A stretch of 64,000 nucleotides of DNA from an uncultured Candidatus Saccharibacteria bacterium. GTDB taxonomy: Bacteria > Patescibacteriota > Minisyncoccia > Phycocordibacterales > Phycocordibacteraceae. This document shows positions 35,119-43,473 of this stretch, piece by piece (position 1 is the stretch's first letter; each line of letters opens with the position of its first letter). A program made the position numbers and the translations under genes. The notes beneath the pieces were generated by a model. That model made no database searches. It had not been told where the DNA came from and saw nothing but the letters and a program-made list of their open reading frames with translations. The DNA is taken from the NCBI GenBank assembly GCA_964349555.1, contig CAYGGK010000002.1:9258-73257 (forward strand), written 5' to 3'.

Positions 35119-36762
35119 ATGGAAAAAATGCCTTCTAAGGAGAACGGCGGAAAAGAATTGCTACTGCCAGTTAATAGTCACACAGAGCTTTTCAGGGAAT
35201 TTCCCCCAGTGCCACAAAACCTTACTACTCTAGACACTCCTTTTTTGAGTCCTTACAAAAGTGCAAAAGAAAAGTTGGATTACGAGCGCCGTTTGCCCAT
35301 AGAAATCTTGCCATTTGTGCGCACTTATTTTGCGCAGCATAAGGATGAGATGTTGAAATTGTGTGAGAACGAACCTATTTCAGAGTATCTTTCGCATATC
35401 AAGGAAGCATGGCAAAAACACATAGGGGCTAACGAGGCGATTGACTGTTTTTTGAACTACGAGACTAAGAATGTTTTTGGAGACTGGTCTCAGAAGGAAT
35501 GGGGAATGGCAAAGAGGCTTATAGTTGCGGCTTTCGAGACTGATCATCAGAAAACAATGTATTCGGGGGGAATTAAACATAAATTAGAGATAGAACGCAT
35601 AAGGCTTGGAGAAAAATACCGGACCAGCGGAATTCAGGATTTTGACACACTACTTATTTCACCCGCTGGCCTCACCTTTTACGAAGGCCGTGAACACAAT
35701 AATAAGAAGTTACATCTATCCATACTCAAGGGAGAACCTGATTTTGAATTGAAGAACGAAATAGTAAATCGCTATAATGGGGGTGACCAAAAATTGTTCG
35801 AGGAACGATTCAAGACTTTCAAGTTCTCATCGGATATTGAGAAGTTGGAGTCAGAGATACAGGTAATTGAAGAAAGGGTTCGTTCTCGGTCAGTGAAGAA
35901 GAATTATGCGTTAGTGGAGAGGCAGGAGCTAAAAGATTTTGATTCTCTGCTTTTCTTCGACAACACAACGGAGTACGAATATACATACTCACTTAAAGGA
36001 CTGCAAGATTTGTTTCTTCGCGAAGAACTTCTCAAGCGATTAAAGAGTTTTGGGCAGTTCCCTGCAGATACGTCGGTATATTCCTTATCAAAAGAAGATT
36101 TTGTATCAGCCATAGACGATAGATTATCTAGCATAGCTAGACACTCTTCGATTCGTCTGCGTCCATACCTTCAAACAATGGATACGTGCGGAACAGCGTG
36201 TATTATGTCCATCCTTAATCGAAAAGGCATACCGCTTACCAGAGATGAGGAAATGGCAATTTGGGAACGCGTAGGAAAGCCTTATAATTTTCCTGGTGGA
36301 CTTGCGACCGTTCTCCTCGAGCATGGTTTCCATGTTAAATACATCCAAAATCACCTGACACTTCTTCAAGCTGACAGCCTGGAATTTGAGTCAAAAGATC
36401 CAAACCTCTTAAGGGCCGCTCGGGAATATGTGGTTCTTCATGAAAAGGCAATCAAAAAGGGTTTGAATTATTCTATAGAAAGTTGGGACTTTGAAAAAGT
36501 GAAGGTCGAGATAAGTAGGGGCAACCCCTGCATTCTGTATATATATGTTTCTGAGACATATACCCATTGTGTCATTGCTCGAGGTATCAAGAACAACAGG
36601 CTAGAGATAATCGACCCTCTTGGAAATATTAAGTATATGAATGAGGAGCAATTGAACAAAAGAATCGATACCCCGATGGGACGAAGAATGTTAGTTGTCG
36701 AGAAACTACCAGATGACTTTTTTGAGAAATTGGATAAAGACCTTCAGGTTATTGGTTATTAA
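35119..36762 (+). CDS. large hypothetical protein with C-terminal papain-like C39_2-type cysteine peptidase domain
   Basis: DTCGTACIMSILNRKGIP (catalytic Cys) ... YTHCVIARG (His) in the C-terminal 180 aa; N-terminal about 370 aa unknown; low GC. Confidence 0.45.
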   Translation: MEKMPSKENGGKELLLPVNSHTELFREFPPVPQNLTTLDTPFLSPYKSAKEKLDYERRLPIEILPFVRTYFAQHKDEMLKLCENEPISEYLSHIKEAWQKHIGANEAIDCFLNYETKNVFGDWSQKEWGMAKRLIVAAFETDHQKTMYSGGIKHKLEIERIRLGEKYRTSGIQDFDTLLISPAGLTFYEGREHNNKKLHLSILKGEPDFELKNEIVNRYNGGDQKLFEERFKTFKFSSDIEKLESEIQVIEERVRSRSVKKNYALVERQELKDFDSLLFFDNTTEYEYTYSLKGLQDLFLREELLKRLKSFGQFPADTSVYSLSKEDFVSAIDDRLSSIARHSSIRLRPYLQTMDTCGTACIMSILNRKGIPLTRDEEMAIWERVGKPYNFPGGLATVLLEHGFHVKYIQNHLTLLQADSLEFESKDPNLLRAAREYVVLHEKAIKKGLNYSIESWDFEKVKVEISRGNPCILYIYVSETYTHCVIARGIKNNRLEIIDPLGNIKYMNEEQLNKRIDTPMGRRMLVVEKLPDDFFEKLDKDLQVIGY

Positions 36763-36775
36763 ATAATCGTACACA

Positions 36776-37462
36776 TCATTCAATCTCCTTGAGCGCTTCC
36801 ATTGTTACGTGGACTAACTCGATCACCTCCTCATCCTTTTTCGGAGAATGCCCCATCCCTTCTATTAAATGAAGCTTAGAATTCGAAAGCATGGTGTTGA
36901 GCGTTTCTGAATTTTCAATTGATACAGCATCATCACTCGTCCCATGCACTATATGAACGGGAATATCGATTTCTCGCAAGAAATTCTTTCCAAGGGTAAT
37001 TGATAGAAGTGGGTCAATATCAGAAAATGGCTTGGACTTCATCTCATTAAAGTTTCCTTCATCAGTTTCCGAAAATCCAATCGCAGGAGCCCACAATATC
37101 AATATATTAATACGTTTATCGTTTGCGGCAAGTAGCATCCCGCCGCCAAAACTTTTACCAATGCCGTATATGTCAGTATACCCCATCTCCAAAAGGGAGG
37201 ACACTGATTCATGTATTCTTTCAACTATTTTAGCGATACACATTTCTCCTAGATCAGTACTAGCGTTCCACACCTTAAGGCACTCAGAGTGAATACCTCC
37301 TTTATTTAACTGATCTTTTAGCATTTCATAGAGTGGTAACTGCTTTTCTGCATTTATGCCTGGAACGAAAAGAACTGCGCGGGTTTTTTTCTGCTTTGGT
37401 TTGGAGCTGGAAATAAATTTTGTATCTTCTAGTTTCATATTTCTAATTTTATCACTTTTCAA
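36776..37462 (-). CDS. alpha/beta hydrolase (dienelactone hydrolase-like)
   Basis: GxSxG nucleophile elbow GIGKSFGG, C-terminal His GMGHSP. Confidence 0.6.
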   Translation of the reverse strand: MKSDKIRNMKLEDTKFISSSKPKQKKTRAVLFVPGINAEKQLPLYEMLKDQLNKGGIHSECLKVWNASTDLGEMCIAKIVERIHESVSSLLEMGYTDIYGIGKSFGGGMLLAANDKRINILILWAPAIGFSETDEGNFNEMKSKPFSDIDPLLSITLGKNFLREIDIPVHIVHGTSDDAVSIENSETLNTMLSNSKLHLIEGMGHSPKKDEEVIELVHVTMEALKEIE

Positions 37463-37500
37463 CGAGCTATCGAGACGCTGTGTTTTCTTTGTTCGGGATG

Positions 37501-38218
37501 AATGGGGTCAGCCACCATTCTTTGGTCTACCAACTCTCCGTAGAGTTTGTTCCAACCCATGCTTCTTCACGATAGCATCCTGCCAGCGATCGGAACCGAA
37601 CGGGATACTCTTCGCTATCGAACGTTCGAGAGCCTTTTCTTCTGTTTGTACCTGCGGCTGATTCAGCCATGAGATGTAGTCATGTGGTACTGGAACTGGC
37701 CAAGAAGTGAGGAGTTTCTTTTGCTGTGGTGTTCCATGTTCCCGGCGCCACACACTCGACCAGCGCCATTGCTCTGCCTTTTTAACTAGGTTCGCTTTCT
37801 TCGCGTTTCGCTCGACATAGCGGACAAGGGTAAGGAAGTGTTTGTCTGTCTGACAGAGAAAGGATTTGTATCTGCCTTGGTAGAGGTGGCCCTGGCCAAC
37901 AGTATCTTTTGCAACGTGCCAACGTCTCGTATGTGTATTGGTGATCCAACCCATGAATAGGGAGAGGTCACCATCATTCCTGGGATAGAGGACTAGATGC
38001 CAGTGATTAGGCATGAGGCAGTACGCAAGGATGCGCATAGCAAATTTCTTTTCCGCTTCTTCAAGAATTTGCTCGAAGAGCGGGTAGTCTTTATCGGTAT
38101 CAAATATTTGGACGCGGGCATTTGCGCGGTTCAGGACGTGGTATACATGATCACCAACATCAGTGCGCTCAATGCGGGGCATGCATACAGAATATCATAA
38201 ATGGTGGCTGACCCCATT
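37501..38218. mobile_element. 718-bp IS200-like/REP-associated tyrosine transposase (RAYT) unit bounded by perfect 19-bp inverted REP-like repeats AATGGGGTCAGCCACCATT
   Basis: Left IR 37501..37519, right IR 38200..38218 (exact reverse complement); each IR is itself hairpin-forming (AATGG..CCATT). Confidence 0.75.
37508..38182 (-). CDS. REP-associated tyrosine transposase (Y1 transposase, PF01797-like)
   Basis: YHVLNRANARVQIF.., HxH motif CLMPNHWHLVL, catalytic-Tyr region LYQGRYKSF / YVERNAKKANLV...WRWSS. Confidence 0.75.
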   Translation of the reverse strand: MPRIERTDVGDHVYHVLNRANARVQIFDTDKDYPLFEQILEEAEKKFAMRILAYCLMPNHWHLVLYPRNDGDLSLFMGWITNTHTRRWHVAKDTVGQGHLYQGRYKSFLCQTDKHFLTLVRYVERNAKKANLVKKAEQWRWSSVWRREHGTPQQKKLLTSWPVPVPHDYISWLNQPQVQTEEKALERSIAKSIPFGSDRWQDAIVKKHGLEQTLRRVGRPKNGG

Positions 38219-38302
38219 ACATAATTACATTCATCTTGTGGAGATTTTGCTTCATGTATTCGCAAAATCCCTCACAAGGTCTTCGAGTCCTCTTCTGGCC
38301 AT

Positions 38303-38328
38303 TTAAAAACCGGCCTAAGCCGGTTTTC
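38303..38328 (-). terminator. hairpin terminator downstream of tRNA-Leu (AAAACCGGC-TTAG-GCCGGTTTT + T-run)
   Basis: Perfect 9-bp stem flanked by A/T runs. Confidence 0.6.
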
Positions 38329-38333
38329 TCATG

Positions 38334-38417
38334 TGCCCAGGAGAGGACTCGAACCTCCAAGCCCTTGCGGGCGCTACCACCTCAAGGTAGTACGTCTACC
38401 AATTTCGCCACCTGGGC
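38334..38417 (-). tRNA. tRNA-Leu (anticodon GAG), type II with long variable arm
   Basis: Manual fold: acceptor GCCCAGG/CCTGGGC, D-loop GAAATTGGTAGAC, anticodon loop TTGAGGT, T-loop TTCGAGT. Confidence 0.8.
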
Positions 38418-38426
38418 AAGAAAACA

Positions 38427-38948
38427 CTATACTACAACTTCTTCTTTTTTCTCTTCTGCCGTTTCTTCTTCTACAATCGGCTCTGTTTCTCCTACCTCGG
38501 CCTCTGGAATTATTTCCGCCTCCCCCGCAGGAGCGACTTCCTCGTCACTTTTCACATTCATCATACGCGCGTTACGCAACTGGCGGCGGACAGCCTTAGC
38601 CGCCTTCTCGCGGATGAAGTAGAGCTTCGCCCTGCGCACCGCAGAGCGCTTCACGATCTCAATAGAGTCGATGACCGGGGAGTAGAGCGGAAAGGTCTTC
38701 TCGACACCGACGCCGGAGAGCGTCGCACGCACGGTGAAGGTCCCTCCAGCCTCCCTCCCATGCTTAACCGCTAGGACTAATCCCTCGAAGGTCTGCTTTC
38801 GCGTGTTCTTAATTGTCTTCTCCTTCTTGTCGGTACCGCGACCTTTTTTAAGCTCAACGATGTTCTGTACGACGCGCACCGTGTCTCCCGGGCGTATCCC
38901 AAGCTTCGCGCGTCCTTCTATATTGACCGGAGTAATGACTCTCTGCAT
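38427..38948 (-). CDS. rplS: 50S ribosomal protein L19 with acidic C-terminal extension
   Basis: MQRVITPVNIEGRAKLGIRPGDTVRV... canonical L19 core; about 55-aa E-rich tail. Confidence 0.9.
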   Translation of the reverse strand: MQRVITPVNIEGRAKLGIRPGDTVRVVQNIVELKKGRGTDKKEKTIKNTRKQTFEGLVLAVKHGREAGGTFTVRATLSGVGVEKTFPLYSPVIDSIEIVKRSAVRRAKLYFIREKAAKAVRRQLRNARMMNVKSDEEVAPAGEAEIIPEAEVGETEPIVEEETAEEKKEEVVV

Positions 38949-38972
38949 GTACCGCGCACTCTAGCATATCGC

Positions 38973-39734
38973 TTACTTCGTAGCAATATTCTCGTCGGTA
39001 TCTGGGAAATGCCGGCATGCCTTTGTGAAGTCCTCTGGAAGTGGCGCGGCGAAGGTACGGCGCTCGCCGGAGGGGAGATTGAGAGTGAGCGAGAGCGCAT
39101 GAAGCGCAGTGCGAGAAAAGCCGAGGAGACACGGGCGACCTTTAGCATAGAGCGGATCACAGACAACCGGATGATTGATGTGCTTAAGGTGTACCCGTAT
39201 CTGATGAGTACGTCCGGTTTTCGGCTGTACTCCAAGATAGGTCACCTTTTCGCCAGTAGCGGGGTCGATACCTCGTGAGAGAGTGCGCCACTCGGTTACG
39301 GCGGAGCGATGTTTCTTCTCTTCGCCCTCGCGCGCGACGCCCCAACGCGGCGGCGTCGCGCGAATACGAACGATCTCGGCCTCGATACTCCCCTGCTGTG
39401 CTTTGGTATGTCCGTACACAAAAGCGCGATAGATTTTCTCTGTACTGCGCTCTTGAAATTGCTGTTTGAGAAACGCATATCCTTCTTGAGTTTTCGCGAG
39501 GATAAGAGCACCCGACGTGTCGCGATCAAGCCTGTGCACGATGCCCGGACGCGCGATGACCTCACCCTGCGGCGATGTCCACGGCTCCCCTACCCCCGCA
39601 AGCTCTGGATAGTGAGCAAGAACCCACTCTGCAACTGACGGCTCGTCCGTCCGCCCGTCGGAATGCACGATGAGCCCAGCCGGTTTATTGACGACAAGCA
39701 CCTCAGCATCTTCGTAGAGAATGGGGAGCTCCAT
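38973..39734 (-). CDS. RluA-family pseudouridine synthase (RluD-like, no S4 domain)
   Basis: Catalytic motif HRLDRDTSGALILAKT. Confidence 0.85.
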   Translation of the reverse strand: MELPILYEDAEVLVVNKPAGLIVHSDGRTDEPSVAEWVLAHYPELAGVGEPWTSPQGEVIARPGIVHRLDRDTSGALILAKTQEGYAFLKQQFQERSTEKIYRAFVYGHTKAQQGSIEAEIVRIRATPPRWGVAREGEEKKHRSAVTEWRTLSRGIDPATGEKVTYLGVQPKTGRTHQIRVHLKHINHPVVCDPLYAKGRPCLLGFSRTALHALSLTLNLPSGERRTFAAPLPEDFTKACRHFPDTDENIATK

Positions 39735-39761
39735 GCATTTACCCTAGCACCTTTCTATACA

Positions 39762-40817
39762 TTACCGCGATGCGGCGACCATGTCCGGAACGAGAGATGT
39801 TGTAACTTGTTCCAACACTTTTTTAGTCGCCGGTGCCAGTTCAGTGTGCGAGAGCGCTTCGACTGCCTCCCTTTTGTAACGTGCGGCATAATCCGCAAGT
39901 ATTTTCTGTGCATCTGTTTTTGAAAAAAAGTCGAGAACTTCTGCGACCATTGCTTCGTCTAGATTATCGTTGTCATACAACTCCTCAAGGCGCTTTTTAT
40001 CTGACGAATTGAGATGCATATATGCATGTATGACGGGAAGTGTCTTCTTGCGTTCATAAATATCCCCCGCGCGCCTCTTGCCTGTTTTCTCTGGTACACC
40101 CCAAATCCCTTGCCAGTCATCGTAGAGTTGGTACGCCATCCCGAGCTTCCCGCCAAAGTCACCAAGTGCCGTGACCTTTTCTTCGGCTAACCCCGCAAGA
40201 ATGGCGGTCGTTTCAGTTGCCGCACGGATGAGTTTCGACGTCTTCTTTTCAGTCATCAAGAGATACGCCTCTTCCGTTACTGACGGGGCATTAAGTTTCG
40301 CGGCCGTAAGGGTAAAATCGAGATACTGCCCTTCAATGACCTCAAGATATCTGTCGAGAAGACGTGTGCGCAGTGCGGTGGTACGACTATGCGGTATACG
40401 CATCAACTCCGACTTCTCAAGCGCGCGAAGCGCAAGTATAAGTTGCGCATCTCCCGTGTTAATCGCGTGGTCAACTCCCCAGAGCTTCCATACTGTCGGA
40501 CGGCCGCGGCGCAGTTCATCATGATCGACAATATCATCGTGAATGAGCGTGAAGTTATGGAAAAGTTCGATCGAGAGAGCGGCTGGGATCGCTTCTTCGA
40601 GAAGACCATAGCTGTCGGCGATAAGGAGCATAAGGCCGGGTCGCATACGCTTACCGGCCGCGCGAGAACTTACGTTTAAGTGTTCGTCAGTGTACCCCAT
40701 GAAGTAACGCATCATGCCGTAGAGTGCGTAGTCATTTCGCGTGAGAAACTCCACCGCAGACGCATCAATACGAGAGCCGTAGGTACCGACCACTTCGAGT
40801 GGGTCAATCTTTTTCAT
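39762..40817 (-). CDS. trans-polyprenyl diphosphate synthase (IspA/GGPPS family)
   Basis: FARM LIHDDIVDHDELRRGRPT and SARM YQLYDDWQGIWG. Confidence 0.85.
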   Translation of the reverse strand: MKKIDPLEVVGTYGSRIDASAVEFLTRNDYALYGMMRYFMGYTDEHLNVSSRAAGKRMRPGLMLLIADSYGLLEEAIPAALSIELFHNFTLIHDDIVDHDELRRGRPTVWKLWGVDHAINTGDAQLILALRALEKSELMRIPHSRTTALRTRLLDRYLEVIEGQYLDFTLTAAKLNAPSVTEEAYLLMTEKKTSKLIRAATETTAILAGLAEEKVTALGDFGGKLGMAYQLYDDWQGIWGVPEKTGKRRAGDIYERKKTLPVIHAYMHLNSSDKKRLEELYDNDNLDEAMVAEVLDFFSKTDAQKILADYAARYKREAVEALSHTELAPATKKVLEQVTTSLVPDMVAASR

Positions 40818-41518
40818 ACGCCAAAGTTCCTTTTGCGAGCACGGTATTCGTCCAGAATCAGATTAAACTCTTCTTTTGTAAAAGCTGGCCAGAAAGGGTC
40901 CGTAAAGAACAATTCGCTATAAATCGACTGCCATGGGAGAAATCCTGAGAGACGCTTCTCGCCGCCGGTACGAATGATGATGTCGGGGTCTGGCATAGGA
41001 TGTGACCAGAGTTTCTGCGCAAAGGTATCCTCGGTAATAGTGGGCGTCCCCTCCGCTAACAATGTATTCACCGTCGTAACAATCTCTGCGCGACCGCCAT
41101 ACGACATCAGGAGATGAAGCGTGATGTTGTACGAAACTGCCGTTGCTCTCTCTGCTTTCGCCATCATCTTTTGTATATCTTCGCTGAAGCGTAACCTGTC
41201 GCCAACAAATCGCACACGGACACGTTCGTCGACCATCTTTTCTGTTTCGTTCTCGAGGACAGAATGGAGTAGTTTCATCAAGTATCCAACCTCCTCTTCG
41301 GAGCGCTTCCAATTTTCTGTAGAAAATGCATACGCAACTACGTGTGTAATGCCAGCTTCGCGCGACCAACGTATGAATTCTTGGAGTTTCTTATATCCTT
41401 CACGGTGCCCTTCAAACTTAGGCACCCCGTGCTCTTTCGCCCAGCGACGGTTGCCGTCCATAATAATGCCGACGCAGGTAACACCAGGTGCGTCGTTTGT
41501 CCCTCTATGTTCGTTCAT
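40814..41518 (-). CDS. uppS: undecaprenyl diphosphate synthase (cis-prenyltransferase)
   Basis: IIMDGNRRWAKEHG, ..AYAFSTENWKRS..; overlaps upstream gene stop. Confidence 0.9.
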   Translation of the reverse strand: MNEHRGTNDAPGVTCVGIIMDGNRRWAKEHGVPKFEGHREGYKKLQEFIRWSREAGITHVVAYAFSTENWKRSEEEVGYLMKLLHSVLENETEKMVDERVRVRFVGDRLRFSEDIQKMMAKAERATAVSYNITLHLLMSYGGRAEIVTTVNTLLAEGTPTITEDTFAQKLWSHPMPDPDIIIRTGGEKRLSGFLPWQSIYSELFFTDPFWPAFTKEEFNLILDEYRARKRNFGV

Positions 41519-41656
41519 AGTCGTACCAACCTTTATATCACGATAGGTGGTTTCAAGTATTTCTAAGGAAGGAAAATTATTTGTTTGACTTTAAACACTG
41601 GCTCGAATACTGTACCTGAGGAAGTTGTCAATCATTACGCGCCATTAGGGGGTGAT

Positions 41657-42214
41657 ATGAAAAAAATAGAGAAAGTCGTAGTTGTGACCAAAAGTCCCAA
41701 CGAGGTTCGCGCCGTTGAGAAGGCGCTCCAGAAGCTCTGCGTTGATGAGGTGATGGTGGTTGGATGCGAGACCGAATCAGAGTCAGGCGTTCCTGTACAA
41801 CTACAGGACGGGCTGATGATGATCCAAAGTGCAGCTAGTCGCGCCAAACATGCGCGCCAACTTCACCCTGGTGCCGACATATACGTCGGTATCGAAAAAA
41901 GATTGGAGAAAGTAGTCGATTGTCAGTACGACTTCATATGTGTCGTCGCTCTCGACGGCGATGGCGACACACGACACGAGTCACTCGGCACGTACCTTTA
42001 TATCCCTAATTTTTCTATCCCTTGGCGGGTAGTGAAAAGAATTATGGCTCAAAGTAACGTTCTTGGTAAAATCATCCAGGAACTCGCCGATGACGAAAGA
42101 AATCCAATAAAACGACTCTCGGAAGAAGCCGCCTCTCGTTTAGAGAGTCTTGTGCTAATTGTCGAGCGTGCCCTCGAGCCAATTGTTTTCCCCGAGCGCT
42201 ACGCGGAACAGTAA
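41657..42214 (+). CDS. YjjX/DUF84-like non-canonical purine NTP phosphatase (ITPase/XTPase)
   Basis: VVVVTKSPNEVRAVEKAL.., ESGVPVQ, ADIYVGIE resemble the E. coli YjjX blocks; start at internal Met of ORF 41585..42214. Confidence 0.45.
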   Translation: MKKIEKVVVVTKSPNEVRAVEKALQKLCVDEVMVVGCETESESGVPVQLQDGLMMIQSAASRAKHARQLHPGADIYVGIEKRLEKVVDCQYDFICVVALDGDGDTRHESLGTYLYIPNFSIPWRVVKRIMAQSNVLGKIIQELADDERNPIKRLSEEAASRLESLVLIVERALEPIVFPERYAEQ

Positions 42215-42257
42215 AACATCAGCCCACTGGAGCGGAAAATCTGCTTCGGTGGGTTTT

Positions 42258-42295
42258 CTGTTAACTTTTGGTGCGCGGTGAGGGACTTGAACCCC
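42258..42295 (-). other. tRNA 3' fragment (T-arm + acceptor 3' strand + CCA: GGGGGTTCAAGTCCCTCACCGCGCACCA); no matching 5' half
   Basis: Revcomp reads as a canonical T-loop/acceptor/CCA, but no D-arm or anticodon arm can be folded upstream; overlaps the 3' end of ORF 42261..42950. Confidence 0.45.
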
Positions 42296-42950
42296 CGAGT
42301 TCAGCTAATTTTTCAATCCACCCTTTTATAGTGAGAAAGATGATGGTGTCACACACGTATATTTGAAACGTACCGTACGGCAACGAATCTTTTTTTCCTT
42401 TACTCGCAGTGCTTGGCTTCGAATAGGTCTTATAAAACTGCCGGCGAGGTATCCCTGAAATTTGAGACCAATACTGTTCTGCTTTTTCTGCGTTCAAATG
42501 CGAAAAAGTATGCACATGTCCGCGGAATTTATTCGACGGGACATTAAACACTTCACGAAAGAACAACATCATGAATCGGATGACTTTGGGATCACTGTTT
42601 GAAATTCTAGCCATTCCGGTTTTTGTTTTTCCTCCCTCGCCCCAATACAAAGCAGATCCTACTAGGAGCAAATCCTGTTTAGATAGTGTCGGGATTTTTT
42701 CTTTTGCTGCGTCGATTACTATCCGATGCCGCTGAAGCGTTCCTTTTATCCTGCTTTTTCTCCTTCTCTCTATAGACTCAACACTGCGACCGTGTGTGCT
42801 TAGTTTTTTCCTCTGCTGTTCCGATAACTCTATATCACGAACCCATAAACTAACACTTGCTTTAGAAACACCTAACTCACGTACTATCTCATTGAGCGAC
42901 ATACCTTTCCCCCGAAGGAGCCTGGCTCGTTCTTGTTCTTCTTTTTTCAT
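42261..42950 (-). CDS. HTH-domain protein of unknown function (low GC; weak LAGLIDADG-like motif)
   Basis: N-terminal HTH GMSLNEIVRELGVSKASVSLWVRD; LLLVGSALYWGEGGK faintly resembles a LAGLIDADG block; sits between a tRNA 3' fragment and a tRNA cluster. Confidence 0.35.
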   Translation of the reverse strand: MKKEEQERARLLRGKGMSLNEIVRELGVSKASVSLWVRDIELSEQQRKKLSTHGRSVESIERRRKSRIKGTLQRHRIVIDAAKEKIPTLSKQDLLLVGSALYWGEGGKTKTGMARISNSDPKVIRFMMLFFREVFNVPSNKFRGHVHTFSHLNAEKAEQYWSQISGIPRRQFYKTYSKPSTASKGKKDSLPYGTFQIYVCDTIIFLTIKGWIEKLAELGGSSPSPRTKS

Positions 42951-43045
42951 ATCTAGTATATCATAGGTATACTCTGTATATGTATATTATATCAGTTCGC
43001 TTATTTAGCAATCCTCGATATTGGTGGTATTGTGGAAAAGTTCTT

Positions 43046-43118
43046 GGGCGATTAGCTCAGTTGGTAGAGCAATGTCCTTACACGACAAAGGTCGCAGGTT
43101 CGAGCCCTGCATCGCCCA
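43046..43118 (+). tRNA. tRNA-Val (anticodon TAC)
   Basis: Manual fold: GGGCGAT acceptor, D-loop AGTTGGTA, anticodon loop CTTACAC, T-loop TTCGAGC. Confidence 0.8.
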
Positions 43119-43181
43119 CACAAGTAGCAGAACGGCTCATATACGCCGTATATGAGCCGTTCTGCTGATATAATTCCCGAG

Positions 43182-43265
43182 TGCCGCGGGGGAGACTCGA
43201 ACTCCCAATCCCTTGCGGGAACTAGCTCCTGAAGCTAGCGTGTCTACCAATTTCACCACCACGGC
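43182..43265 (-). tRNA. tRNA-Leu (anticodon CAG), type II
   Basis: Manual fold: acceptor GCCGTGG/CCGCGGC, anticodon loop TTCAGGA, long variable arm, T-loop TTCGAGT. Confidence 0.75.
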
Positions 43266-43300
43266 AATCTTACACGTAAACTCATCCTAACAGAAACTTG

Positions 43301-43395
43301 TGCCCTCGGACGGAATCGAACCTAGCACGGTGAGACCCCACAAGGGTTCCTTGGCGACTTTCAATACATCAGACTAAGGCCTCTCGGTCCGGGCT
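43301..43395 (-). other. tRNA-like sequence (GGTTCGATTCC T-loop motif) that does not fold into a canonical cloverleaf; possible degenerate tRNA/att remnant
   Basis: Revcomp ends ..GCTAGGTTCGATTCCGTCCGAGGGCA, but acceptor/T-stem pairing fails on inspection. Confidence 0.25.
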
Positions 43396-43473
43396 CAACT
43401 CTCAAAGTGGAACAAATTTGACCTTCTTAATAGCCACTATACCGAGCGGCCATTTTAGGGCACACTGTAAGAA

